Assembly (NCBI GenBank): GCA_002633005.1
Contig: NMRA01000002.1
Location: forward strand, 388,044 to 452,043
Source: Phoronis australis
Taxonomy: Eukaryota; Animalia; Phoronida
Reading direction: 5' to 3'
Length of the DNA stretch: 64,000 bases
Made by a program: the position numbers and the translations under genes
Notes under the pieces: generated by a model
Databases searched by the model: none
What the model was told of the DNA's origin: nothing
Seen by the model: the letters and a program-made list of their open reading frames with translations, nothing else
Shown: positions 24,801 to 39,800 of the stretch, piece by piece
How positions within the stretch are numbered: position 1 is the first letter of the stretch
Layout of the letters: every line of letters starts with the position of its first letter

Positions 24801-27800
24801 GCATGTTTATTGTTCTAGGTAATAATGAGATCTGTGCAATCACAGTTAATGTGCGACTAGCGATGATAGTTTTTAGATTGCCCATTCAGTCCATTTGGCT
24901 TGTAGTTCCCATCCAAAATACTGACTGAATGAGTGGCCTGCGATGCGTGGAATGTGGGAATTCTAGTCACAAAATTCAAGAGATTTTCGAGGACTTTTTG
25001 GATAAAACTTATAAGACTTTTCAAGACCCTAACAGACAAGAAAGCTAACCCCGAGGGTTGTGACAGATGCGGCTGGGGAGAGGGCCCGTTTATTCATACT
25101 CTGCTTCAATCCGAACGATAGGTGAATGAGTTTAAATGTGCCACTTTACGCGCTCAAATTTTTGCATCAATCATTAAACAAATACTAAATGTATCAAAAA
25201 CATATACAAAATCAAAGTCACATGACTTGTCAGTCCAGTATTGATTGGCTTTGATAACATACTGACAGGCCCACGATTCAAACCTAGATCAAAGTGAGAA
25301 TCCCACGAGTAAATAACTTGGTACAGTACCAAGTCAAAATTTCGACAGATTTAATGCACACACTCCTATTCCTTATTCAGGCAAAACCCACATTAAAAAA
25401 TTCAGAGATTTCAATGCTCATATATTAAAGTAATTTTTTTAATATGGGCTTTCTGTTCTTAGACTGCCCCAAATTTGGCATACGATAAAACCCCATCAGT
25501 CTGGGACACAATATGGCTGAGAGTTGAAATTTTTTTTCTCATTTTTCCAGGTAACATGTATTGCAACAAATTAATGTTTTGTCACGTTCAAGTTTTGATA
25601 TCACAAAAGATTGTGAAAACTTCTGGGCATTCATTCACAGCAATGCAACAAGACCTTATAAAATGAGGAAAGGGCAATTTTGGTGATTAATTTTGTCTCA
25701 AATTGGCAAGAATTTACAGTAAGATCAGCCTCAACACTTTATATCTAGCCTTATCTTGGGTAGGCCTACTTGAGTAGGCCAAGATTCTACATCGACCTAA
25801 ACTGGACAGCTGGATAGCAGAGAAAGCATCCCATTCTCTCATGTTTTAAGTCTACTTACTTTTCCCCCAGGTAGTTCCCAATGGCCGTCTTATATAGTCC
25901 TTCCCCTTTGTACAGGAACAAGGCGACATCTTCGGGTGTGCTCTTCAGAATGCCATTATCAATTAGGAACTCTATGCCCTGAAACAAGATCAGACATCTA
26001 ACTTGGTGATAAAACCGCAGAGAACCTGTCCTCAAGGGGAATGTCATTATGTTGGATTCCTTTTACAACAATTTTACTGTCGAGAACTGGAAAGCTTGTT
26101 TAAAACCTAGGGGGCCTGTTTTATCAAACATCATAAGTCAGGACTTAGGGCAATTGTAACTTCCGTTCTAATTAACGTGACTCAAGAAGGCCAACTTTAT
26201 GTCTGAATTTAAAGAATTATCAATTTCATGTCACTTGCAAAGTTTTTGTTCATCTAAAAATGCTTTGTCATATTTTGCAACAACCTGCTTACGATGACCA
26301 GAATTTTGCCATTTGATAAAAAGGACTCCTGATTAATTACAGGTCTAGTAATTCCATCATACCAAAGCCACATATCCTTTGGGACTTAAACATGATGACA
26401 AGACAAATTGCTACAGAAGCCTACAGAGGCAGGCGATGCCACTGCTCTACATTTTCTGGTGAACATATTTCTCCACAACCAGCAGCATTTGTCAACACAA
26501 GTGACTGTTTGATACACTTCCATTGCACATCATTGAGTGAATCCGAAACAAAGAACTGGATATCATAACTCAACACAGCTCATCAGGGATTACATAACAC
26601 TTGGAGTAATGACTACTACCTTTCAGGTGATCCACTTTCTCATATAATGCAATTAGAAGTCAAAAATACTGTTAGACAATAGACCCCTCCTGAAATTGCA
26701 CAGCACCACTCTCATTCTAAGGTAATTACCCACCATGCAACTCAGGTGTCAAGCACAAGCTGCTTCTTCATACATGAATGTATTAGTCACTGTCTCATAT
26801 ATCTTAATTATTAGGTAATCCAACAATGTAAAGCAGACAAACATATTATTGGATTTTGAATTTAGTCATGTAATTCATGTGAATTTATTATGTATATTGA
26901 TTTTTGCACTAGTATTATCATGTGTTACTTTGCTAGCAGATTCTTGATGTTTACATAAACTTGTTTTGGATTTCAGTTGAGTCAGTGGTCAATCCGGTGC
27001 ATCCACGCAATGTTTTGATGAACTCTGTAGTAAAGTAGATTATGTAATGGTCATTCACAGAATAGTTGCCTGAGACCAAAGGCCATTACCATGTATGGAT
27101 GGTATGGCAAAAACAAAAGTGTATTTCTTGGACTCATTTACTGTTATTCCTCCTGGAATTTTGATTCATGAAGTTTAGTGCATGCAACCCACACAAGTAG
27201 CCAGTTGCTGTTACTAGCAAGACTGAGCGTTGACACTTAGTTATTGAATACAAGCATCTCACTGATAGACCAAGATACACTATCACGCCTAAAGCTGCTA
27301 CCTTTAACTCAACTCTTCCTACATGATACAAGTTCAAATGATGTCACCGAGAAATTGTCAAGAAGGGCAAATATCAGTACTGGAACTGCTCTCCATTTTG
27401 ACAAGTAGGTCGGCCACGCAATGTTTTCTATCTCCATGAAATGAGGAGAATTCAATCCAGGGTGGATCAACTGTTACTAATGAACACAACATTGACATAA
27501 AATTGTAAAAAATTGCAAGAATGACTAGCAGTGAATGGAATGAACATTGACAATTTTTAAATTTTTGTTTTCCATTAAATATTACAAATGTAACATAAGA
27601 ATTTCAAAGCATAGCGTGAATGAATTTCATAATGCTCACTCAACACCCAAAGGGCGTGGGGAGAGCAAAGTTATGTTTCCCCATAAGTCCAAACTGCAGT
27701 TGTGCTGCTGGTTACATGGCGCTGAGGGCCTCCTGAGCAAGAAGTGTGTACCATTAGCTGACACAGAAGGCCAACCCTTACAGAAAGGCATATGGACTTG

Positions 27801-30800
27801 ATCCAGTCAAATGTGACACAGGGACTGCACAGCACGGCTTGCTGGGAAGTATTTACACAGGTCATAAGGCAGAATCCACAAGGTGCATTACTGATTGCAA
27901 ACAATAAGAAAGGACCAATGCCCTGTAGGTTGTCATACAACCACCAGGCCACCAACTACAGTGTACTGTGTACTAATTGGTTAATTAGATTTAATGGAGA
28001 TAGAATGTGGGGCCAATTCAAAACAGGCTCTTTTGAAATTAAAGCAACCATCTGCTCCCTTAGTAACAATTTGTAATTGTGTTGATATAATATCTGCTGC
28101 AGCAGACAGATTGCCTGAAATGTTCCAATAAAAATTTAAACAAAAGAAAATGTGTTAACAGTTCACCTAAGGAATGATTCTTGTTATTGCATCAACTAAC
28201 GCTTAGAGAAAGTTTCATTACAAATATTTCTCCATTTTGCCAACAATGTCTGAATGGACGAACAAGAGTATCCAAGAATTGTTAAGGTATCACATTAAAT
28301 ACATCGTCATCGGAGGATTGATGAACAAGGATAAAAACCCAAAGTAAACAACAAAAAAAAATGATACTAACATTTACACAAAGAATTCACTGAACTTTGA
28401 CTAGTTCCTGGAAAAGTAATTGAGTAAACCTAAAACTTGTTACACTGATGAACTACAAAGAGGTGTTGTTTCAAGCAGTTGATCCTCAACATTAGATCTT
28501 GCCTGGAGCTTGATATGTGCACTCTGTTACAACCATTCATAAACCACATTGTTTACCTTACGCCAGAGATGGGCACAGCAATAATTGGGTTTTAAAGATA
28601 AACTGGCAAGGCTTCAGGATGGAGGATATTTACATAAACCCTGTTGTGGGTGACCACCTCTGATAATTACTGAGAGGCCTCCCAAGAGCTACAAGTAGGT
28701 CGGCTACAACAACACCTCATCAGAGATCACTTTCAAACTATATAGGAATAAACTCTGATGAGTCCGTATCTTTCACCAAACACTCAACGAGACACAATCT
28801 CTTAACTTGAAAGATTTTGCGCTCACTAAGTTGAGGTATTCGTGCGTGGCATCCTTGCCTCAAAACTCTATCTCGAATACCTTAAGCATCCAACGACTCA
28901 AAAGGATGTTTCATTCAACATAATGCTGATACTAAATGAATGTCGATGTGAACTGTGAAGTTGGATAAACCTTTCAAATAATTAACCTTCCAGTAATTAA
29001 CTGACACTAAAGTTATCGCAGTTTGATACGTGGGTTATCGTAGTATCGCAAACTGGCGCAACAAAAACATTGCACAATAATAAATGAATGATGTGCCATG
29101 AATATTTGAAAACAATATATTGAATTAATACGACAATCGGGGTTTGGTTTACTGACAGTGACACCTGCTTATAGCTCCAATGAAAGGTTTTTCACACTAA
29201 ATTCCTGTCCACAGCCATACACCGATGGCCTAATTTTCCGCGACCCTTTCCACTAACCACAAAGTTCCTAGTGTGACAAGAATTTTTCCACTAAGAACAA
29301 ACAGTTTTCTGTATATAAATGACATTTTTGTCCTATGTTTATAATTAACAAACTGACATTAGATTGACTACCGTATTGTTCAGTACCTGACCCAACTCTT
29401 GCTCAGTAACAGGAGCTCATAATACAGTATTTACTGACCACAAAGTGCAGTCCACTGAGAACTTAATTGTCAGTTGTATGACGTTGCTGGTAGATGTCAT
29501 AACACACCACCGTTGTAATTAGTAAATTGATTTCTGGGAAACGAGCCTCGATGATGAGGCAACATGTCTCGGTAGAGTGTAACACTACCTTTTTCGGATC
29601 CATGTTGAACTTGGTCCTGCCTTTGGACATGAGGTGGACTTTTGGGTCGGTCCTGAAGAAGTAAAAGTAGACGGATAAGACATAGAACAGAATGTATGCC
29701 AGTGAAAACTATAAGATAAATATTTAACACATTAAGTAAATAAACTTAATGTGTTAATGCTAATGTGTTAAGGTAAATCTCACCAGCTAAGGGCACAATA
29801 TGACAGACAAATGAAATTACATTTCTTGCACTTTTTCATATAAGATATCCATCACCAAATAAATGCTTGATAATTTTGAGTTCTGTACCATAGCTTACAC
29901 AAGACCATGTTTTGAGAAACAGTCAGCAAGCAATGAAAAACCATTAATTTTGGCAATTATTCTTGTCCGAAATTTCTGAGATTTTACTGTAAACATATTA
30001 TGACAGTATGGTTTAAGCAACGTAATTTTTGTGTGAGCTACGAAGAACATATCAAGGCCAATTCGTAGTAAAACTGAGATTGAATCCAGACAGAACAGTT
30101 GGAACAGAGTATTCCTGCTAATGACATCATATTTACCCTAGATATATATCCCCAGCCTTTCAGTTATATCAATACCAAACCTGATTGTGCAGTCTAATGG
30201 AATACACACAGCCGTGGGCTGTGAGTACCGTTGCAAAATATTTATGCACACAAGAAAAGGTGACCTTTCAGAACCTGAGAGAATTTAGGAACCTTCAAAA
30301 ACATCTCTCTGACAGGAGACGCAGATGTTGTTAGATGCAGGGCCTGCATTATGAAGTAATCTTAACTTCACAATGAGTATTTAAGGAACCTTTAAAAGCC
30401 TGTATCTAACACCAGATGGCACCAGACTCAGTTGATGCTTTACAAAAAAATTCATAGGGAAGGACACATGTTGCCAAAGAAATCCATTCGCATTTACTCG
30501 AAGTTTCAAATTTAACATAGAACCAATAGCTTGAAATACCCAGAGCCGTTATATGACATTTCCAAATCTTCAAAATGGAAATCGTAACGATGGATTCGTG
30601 TAAGATTATATTCACTCCACTGCTGCCCTCACCTGAAATTCTGTTCAAGGAAACTGCACTGACTGACATCCAATGAGCTCCCATTAAATTCTCGGTTATC
30701 AAATTAATGAGTTCAATCGTTGTAAACAAAAAACTTCCAAAATAATTAACTTGACTCCATCAGAGATAAGAGCTTCCAGTTGGTCAACCAATCATGAGAT

Positions 30801-33800
30801 TTTAAGTCCACAACAAATAGAGTTGTACTTTGTTATCGGGTTGGCTCGATGTGGTCTTGAAAATTGACCATTAATACCAATACAAAATAAACGCAAAAGG
30901 TCATGATCAAAATTTGATAAGTTCCAGTTAAACCGCACCTTTAAACCCTCTCGAGAGAGCTCAAAGGAAACACAACTGATAACCTGAAATCATTACGAAA
31001 TTATCATGTCAACGAATATATTTCACCTAGTCATTCAAAATATACACTAGAAGACACTTTTCAAACATGAATTTAATTTCCATGTATTGTAAAAGGCTCA
31101 CCAATGGCAGGCACGTGAAACTATTTCTGTTATTTTTCATAAATGGTAAGCAGCACTAAATAAAAGCTATGTCATTTTAAAGATATGTACTATTGCTACC
31201 ATCAGATGATATTTTAAGGAACTGCGGGCTTTGAAAACTATGTTCTAAAGATGGTCTTGGAAACTGAAAAGCAGTTAACGTTCACAATTTTTTCCTGAAA
31301 TTGATGTTACTTTACTCTACATTTACTTGCTGCCACAATGCAAATTTCAACACTGGACCACCAAGTGTTAACATGACCACTATTACCACCTCAAAAAACA
31401 ATTAAACCCAGCTTTGTTTGGACAAGCACTGACCATCCATCACATATGTTGGAAGGAGCACTCAGAGAAGGATTCAGGACACTAGAGGCTCAAACAAACA
31501 GGAGAAAGAGGTTTATTTACTTGACACCAGGACACGACCTTTGCTCTCCTGGTTGCCCAAGAAAGGTAGGTCGGGCAAGGTTAGGTCACCAGACCAGGAG
31601 AAGAGTTGAACCATACCCTATCATTCAAACTTCTTAAAGCCTCAGTGCATCCACTTTCATTGGTAAAATCACTAACATGACATGGTCCAATACAGCAGAA
31701 GTCGCGGATTTCTATTCAAACTGCACTGCTCACCTTTGGCTTACTGTGTTGAACGAAGCCCATTCAGGGCTCGATGCTTAGGATAACGTCAACTCGACAA
31801 ATGCAATTTGGCAAAATTCTCCAGTCACCAAATGAGAAATGAGGTTGCCAAAACAAGGAGAAAGTCCGGGCCCCCAAAAAAGCGGAAATGACAAACAGGA
31901 TATCTGAACTGAAGAACTGACTATATATGTTCTCTTTTGTATGTGCTCCAATGTGTGAGTGACGACTTGTTAGGGATTTGGGATTTTTACCAGGTTGTCA
32001 AACGAATTCTACTAGTAAGTCACTAAATTAAGCTAGCTCTGCCATTATTATGCAAGTTAAGTGAATGATACAAAAACAAGCCCAGCTGCCATTCCCAGCT
32101 GTTAAGCAAACCAAATACCTAATTGTCAGTTACTTCCTAAGGCCTTACATCTGACCACATTAAAAACTTAAATCCTAATGTCTCAGACTAGCAGACAAAT
32201 AAAACATTTAAATGCCCATTTTAATTCATTAAACATGTGCGTGAGGGGAAATACCAAAAAACTGCGATTATAAAAAACCTGGACAGTTGTACACACAAGA
32301 GATCTGTTATTTCCCCGGGCCACTGATTACTTTCCATTCCATAAAGCTTTCTTAATGCCCTATAATGTGTACTATTCACCTTGGTGTTCCATCTAGAACA
32401 CAAGTCAATGAAGGGTTCAATGCACTTACATGATACAGAAACGATCCAGTGAACAGAATATGAAAGCAACCCCGCACAACAAAACGCATGTTTTGGTTAT
32501 CTTGTAGAAGCATTTTTCTGCCTTGATTAATGTTTCCTTTGCCATCATGTACTATCCGTGGAACAACATAAAGCGATGTAAATGGCCCAAGAAAGGACCT
32601 GTATCTGGGTTCCGCATTCACATTCACTATAGCAAACACGAATAACATGCACAGACTGTGTCCAATACGGACAAGACACCGTGAATACAACCAATATGTT
32701 GGCTCTTAGATGGGCTGTTTATATCACCTTCTGCAGTAACAAGTACTGTACATGCTTGCCAAGGGGACAGTTATTGGCATTAAATTTTTCCGTACTTTAC
32801 TAAACATAACANCCCGCTGCTTTCCCATTAGCAGTCTACCCCATGTTGACAGTAGTTTATTCTAACACCCTTGTATTCTGCATGCTACTACCTAACTGTG
32901 CTTTGATCTGGGTTAACCATTAAAGGTGAGGCACTTTACCCACGCACTGTTCCAGTTTAAAGGAATACCTTTGAACGCAAGTCAAACCTTATCAGAATCA
33001 CCATATGCTTTGTGCATCACAATTATTTTTCAGCATGTTCAAGTCCTCACTAATGAGATCGATGGTGAACTACCACAGTTTTAATGTGCTCTGGGTCAAA
33101 TGGAAGTATCTGATCTTCCATGAATTCATCTCAAGCCGGAATGCTTTCAGAGTCCGACCAATAGATCTAGAGAGAATAAGAGAGGTCTGGTCAAACTACA
33201 TCAGGGTCAGAAACCAGAAATGTTTCCAGACCCTGACTTTACTCAGCCAAGCCATTAAAAAGCTCATGCCAGGGTCTGACATCCACAGGCTGTGATATGA
33301 AATGAACAATTTGTAATTTAAGACATAGGGAAGGTTGAAGTTATTTGTGGATTAAACAAAACTTCAATATCTCATAAAAAGGCATTAAGGGTGTACAATA
33401 CATTTTCAATTGGTTTAACCAAACTTCACTAAATATTATTAAGAACTGACAACTTAATTATACAGTGCCAATCAAATAAGTATGGAAATGAAAATGATAC
33501 TAGTGGAATAGAAAATTGATCTACAGTTTTCAAGATTAAGGAATGAATTGTATGGACAATTATGAGTCAAGATGGCTTTTTGAAAGTTGAAAATTAGGTG
33601 AGTGAAGTATGTGTCNTGAAGAAGCATTTTTCTGCCTTGATTAATGTTTCCTTTGCCATCATGTACTATCCGTGGAACAACATAAAGCGATGTAAATGGC
33701 CCAAGGAAGGCCCCGTATCTGGGTTCCGCATTCACATTCACTACAGCAAACACGAATAACATGCACAAACTGTGTCTAACAGGGAGAAGACACCGTGAAT

Positions 33801-36800
33801 ACAACCAATATGTTGGCTCTTAGATGGGCTGTTTACATCACCTTCTGCTGTAACAAGTACTGTACATGCTTGCCAAGGGGACAGTTATTGGCATTAATTT
33901 TTTCCGTACTTTACTAAACGTAACATCAANCCCCCCCCCCCCCCCCCCGCTGCTTTCCCATTAGCAGTCTACCCCATGTTGACAGTAGTTTATTCTAACA
34001 CCCTTGTATTCTGCATGCTATTTACCAAACTGTGCTTTGATCTGGGTTAACCATTAAAGGTGAGGCACTTTACCCACGCACTGTTCCAGTTTAAAGGAAT
34101 ACCTTTGAACGTAAGTCAAACCTTATCAGAATCACCACATGCTTTGTGCATCACAATTATTTTTCAGCGTGTTCAAGTCCTCACTAATGAGATCGATGGT
34201 GAACTACCACAGTTTTAATGTGCTCTGGGTCAAATGGAAGTATCTGATCTTCCATGACTTCATCTCAAGCCGGAATGCTTTCAGAGTCCGACCAATAGAT
34301 CTAGAGAGAATAAGAGAGGTCTGGTCAAACTACATCAGGGTCAGAAACCAGAAATGTTTCCAGACCCTGACTTTACTCAGCCAAGCCATTAAAAAGCTCA
34401 TGCCAGGGTCTGACATCCACAGGCTGTGATATGAAATGAACAATTTGTAATTTAAGACATAGGGAAGGTTGAAGTTATTTGTGGATTAAACAAAACTTCA
34501 ATATCTCATAAAAAGGCATTAAGGGTGTACAATACATTTTCAATTGGTTTAACCAAACTTCACTAAATATTATTAAGAACTGACAACTTAATTATACAGT
34601 GCCAATCAAATAAGTATGGAAATGAAAATGATACTAGTGGAATAGAAAATTGATCTACAGTTTTCAAGATTAAGGAATGAATTGTATGGACAATTATGAG
34701 TCAAGATGGCTTTTTGAAAGTTGAAAATTAGGTGAGTGAAGTATGTGTCCAGAGAGACTACAACGCTATCAATTTCCCCAAGACACAAAATCATCTTTCA
34801 CTTGGCAAGCAATATTCCAAACCCGTACACAGCACTTTCTCATTGCACAAGCAGAATTGAGTACATGGGAACAGGATTCTAGTGCCCTAATATATTCTAT
34901 AGTTGTTCGCTTTAAAAAGGTATTCCAAAGACAAATAGGGTGAGATAGCTAAGAGTGAGCTGGGGATATGCTCACGGCTTGGAATGACCAACGACAAAAA
35001 AGGGGAAATTTCCCAGGTGAGGTATCGTTCCACAAATAAAAAGGTTTGAGCGACAGAAATATTGTTTGCATTGTAAAATTTATGTGAGATAAATGTTTTT
35101 GCATGAATTAGTCAAAATAATGATAAAAAGAGACGAAAAAGAGGAAATTAGAAATTAAATAAGAGGAAATCCTCTTAAAAGAGGAAAATTCCAAGCCCTG
35201 TATAGCACAAGAGAATTTAAGTCACAAGACTTGGTTGGTCAAAGGTGAAAAGCCATTCAAACAAGGAAGCAAAGAAGAGTTGAAGAATTCACATCTTGAA
35301 GTGACCACTTCCTGATGTGCCTCAGAGAGATGAAATGGCAGGGAGTTATGACGCACTAGACTCCTGCACTAGACTCCCTCGGACACACTGACCTAAGTGG
35401 CCAGTAATTCCATTATGGCATGAATATATATATCCATATTCTGAGAAACCTGTTACAGCTAAACGGATCAAAATTAACCTAGTAACAACTTTGAAATGAT
35501 TCACTTCAAAAACCTTTACAAAATGTTAATCTGGTTTAAGAAAGGTTAAATCAAAATTGGATTCTACAAATATTTATTAAGTACGGATTTTGCACAGGTC
35601 TTGATGTCCAAGACAGGGCAAATCAGAAATTAGAAAAAATCGTATCAAATGAATTTATTGCTTCAAGAACAGCAACTCATAAAAGCAGTTCTGGCAATGG
35701 TGATTCTTGTGAAGAGATTCTACTAAGTCTGTGAAACAACAGGTATAGCACAATCCTCTTTAGATCAAAAAGACGTTTACAGTGAAGCTCCTTTTTCAAT
35801 TTTGAAGGAGCACAATATTTTGAAATGGTGAAAGTGTATTTTCTAATTATTCAACAACGAGATAATTTTCAAGAAAGTTTATATTTTATATTGCTTACCA
35901 CTAAAAACACGGTGAAATTGTCACCCCGATGACCAAAGCCACGAGCATTTGATAACTAAAGACGGCCATTTTGCCACTTATTTTCATTCAAATTGGCAAA
36001 AAGTTAATCGTAACAAATGACTGCAAAAAGACATGAAGCCAATCACCCCCCTCAGAAACCCATTAGAAAATCAAATGTAACCGCACGATGACTGATATCC
36101 GTGACAACAGCCTGCAAAGATCATCACTAGATGTCATTTCTTGACGCCATAAGCATGCGTCTGTCTTCCTTGTGTCCTATTTACTAGTTAATTGGTAACA
36201 GTTAAAGCATTTTGTCATACGGCATTAAATAAAGTAATTATCCACATCTGTAGAGACTGTGCACAGTGAGGCTTGAAGGAGGAATGAGTAACTAATAGAG
36301 TGAAAGAGAATTTATCCTCGCAGATTAACAATCGACAAAAAAGTGATAAAATGTAATTACGCTACGCTACAACGAGACATCGGACGACTGAGTAATTTTC
36401 TGTGAACGCATATTGTGTGGGTTTGACGTCTCGACCATTCTGATCAAAATTTGGAAGTAACTGGTATCAGAAACATGATTCTAGTTCAGTTTCGATATGT
36501 ATGAACAACAACAGGACTGTAACACTCAACAAAGGGACCGACTACATACAGAAGTGTCAATGAGACATTTAGCCATATCAAACAATGCATTTTTAATGGA
36601 GGCCTGTCCGATAAATGATTAGCTTGTTACAACTAACTGGCGACGATTTCTGGCAATTTCCTTCCCCCAAAGTATGATTTGAGATTATATTTGGTGGTAT
36701 CCAAATTGCGTTACCGCCAGTCATGGCAACTTGTCACAACTGTTCACCAGTGGAGTCAGATGACTCAGACTTGCAGCCACAGAGAGAAGAGCATACGCCA

Positions 36801-39800
36801 TAACGATCATGTGACCACAACAGCAGACAATACAGACCTCAGTTCCTGAATGCCAGACTGACCCACTGTGTAATTAATTCTCACTTGGTGAACATGCATA
36901 ATGAGCAGTTGTGCAGACAACCACAACCAGACCAGTGTAATAATCATCAAAATTCTTATCTAAAATGATAATAGCTTTTGACAAGCAACCAAAAGAGGAG
37001 ATGATTTACGTGACACCACTTCAGAAACTTGACTAATCACTGAAGTTGAATATATGCCCACAAGAAAAGTTGTCTAAGTTTCATATTTTGAAAGTCAATC
37101 ATCTATCAGCCATCAAAGTCGAAATGACACCAAAGACTCCACGAGATTGTTACTTCACCAGATTTCACTCACACGCACATAGAGTTCACAGACCTCAAAA
37201 TCAACTTCAAAACCAGAGCAAATACATGCTAAAATCCTCAAAATGACAATTTCATACCTGTCATCTCGAAAGTCCATCTGCTCCATTTCAGCTGTTACCT
37301 CAGCAATCTCATCTTTCAGTTGCTGCAACGAACAAGAGTGAAACAGAAAGTGAGAAACATGCTGCCAAAACGAGAGCACACAGTCCGTCTCTGCACTGAG
37401 CTGATTCCATAAATGAAAACATCTATATCAGTTAAGAATCACTCACGACACTAATGAGAAATGAATATAAGTTATGTACTATATAGTGAGTCACGCTTCA
37501 TATAAAACCAACGACACTAAGTAGCCAGATTTTTCAACAGGGCAACTTTTCACAGACTGCTCACCAACCTTTTAACAACAGATACGTGTAACTGAATTCC
37601 TTCCTTTTTTCAATACCAACTCCTACAGCCACGTATCATCCAATCTTAAGATGCGGGCAAACAATAGCTATCGTATTTCCAATCAAGCTCTAACTCGTCT
37701 GATTTCGGACAGCTTCAATGCAGATCTAACAGTGCTATTATGATCGACATCCAATTATAAATCTGCATGTTATTGATTCTGGCCGATACGCCTTTGGACA
37801 CACTCCCGTCATTCTTGTGCTAAAACAGTCCATCAGCCAGGTACACCAGTGTACACGTAATGAATCCCAGGTACTTGGGAAGTGACGCAAATGGTGCAAA
37901 GCTTACCAGTTACAAGCAATTAGCGCAGTTCCTGCATAACAAGACACAGTAGTAAAGAGAGCTTCACCAATGAATACAAACTCCTGCCAACTGGCACCAC
38001 ACCTCAGAAACACTCTAAGCTGAGTGACAGTTGGTTTATACCTAAACTGTTTATCAGGCTGTATAACAAACATACAGAGTGCTGTAAACTACACTAGAGG
38101 TCCCTGGAAATATACAAATTCTAATGACTCAAAACCATTTTATGCCAGTACCCTAAATTTCGCCAATTTAGGACATCGTATAGCTGATAAGTGAAATATT
38201 AACATATCTATTATATATATATATCATATTTATAACGAGCACCAAATAAAAAACAATTCCATGTTCAAGCATTCTACGACAACTACTACCAAATTTTTTT
38301 TAAAAATGTGGGTATCCACAACAATGTTAGAGGCCCGTGAAAAAGAACATTTTTGCCTGAAATTGACAAAATTTTACAAAATACTGATACCTTGAACTAA
38401 GCCATTAATAGTGAAAATAAAAAGTATGGTCAACCATGTCTTGAGATAAAACAAAACATCCAATTTTCCAAAGCAAAATGAATAAACAGCAAAAACAGAA
38501 GTATTTGCACTTGGCAAAATTAACACAACTTTTCCCGTTTTAGTTTCTCCTTCCTACAAAATATCTAACAACGCAAATGCTTATATAACAACTGAACATG
38601 TTCAGCATTCCCTTATATCACAGAGAGACATTTCTCACTGACACACAAGTTACATGCACCATGTAGACTAAACTAAAGGTTATCACAGAAACAAATGTTG
38701 TTCCCCCATGTGCCTTTCATTCCAGGTCCAGCTCATTCCTCTTGCCCATATTGATTTTGGATAATGTTATCACTAGGATATTGTTCCCCTAACTACAATA
38801 TACAGTAACTGTGACCTTTCCCAGTGGCCCAGGATCAAAATCGTACAACCAGTTTGTAAATGAATACGTTTGGATGAAAAAGATGAAGCCAGTAGGGAAA
38901 ACTGGTACTATAAAGATACAGGACCTCTGTAACTGACTATAGCCCAGCATGCAGTTGATGTCCCGCGGTAATTTGAGTGAAATTCATCATAGATGAGTGG
39001 AGTTTCTACAAGTTCTCTATTTGAGAAAAAGCACATTTTTCCTGTGAAAGTAGTCCTATAACTCTACACATTTAACCTTTTATAATGACTGAAAATTTCC
39101 TTTGTCTCAACAGTACCGGTGTAACCTATAATTTCTAAGAAAATGATTACTTGTTCAAGTCAATACCGACTGCATTAAAAACTCACCAGCATTTGAGAAA
39201 CATCCCAAATCAATCATATTCTAACACACCAGCACAATTATCTAGCCCAGTTGCTAAACCTGTTTTCTTTACGGTACCTAAAACAATCTTGTCTTTATAG
39301 TAGGCATAAAATAATCTGTAGCCTAAAGTCGTTCTGACAAGTTTGAATAAGATGCCCTCTTCATTTGAAAATAAAACGTTTTTGATGTCCACCAAAATCG
39401 AATTTGATGCAGAAGAGAGTCCACAGAGGAGCATATTGCTAAAGACCATAGGAAATCAACTCTCCTACCAAAAAACATTGAAAATCCTGATTTACCATTA
39501 AATTGTCAAAAAGAAACTGCTTACCAAAAGAGTTTGAAATCTCACCAGAAAATGTTCTGTCTGCAAGAGAGCTGTAAAGATGTCAGGCACTGTTTAAAAT
39601 ATGGATCAACCTTTCTAACCAGTTCAAGTGCCTCAGACAAGGACTAAAGGCAAGTGTCTTGCCCATCCAGCTTTGTGTTATGCAACCCACAAGGGTCTGG
39701 TGAGGGTGAGTTATGCAACTCTGGGAAAACATTGGTTTTAACTGTGAAAACAACAGAACAACAGCTAGAAAATTATTGCACAACATCACCTGCTATAAGA

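Noticed and set aside
33005-34429. Two near-identical 96-aa ORFs suggesting a duplicated nested gene
   Set aside because: No recognisable domain; explained by the N-joined duplication.
35899-35969. Signal-peptide-like ORF ending at a strong minus-strand donor (possible alternative first exon of cytohesin)
   Set aside because: In-frame TAG immediately before the donor.
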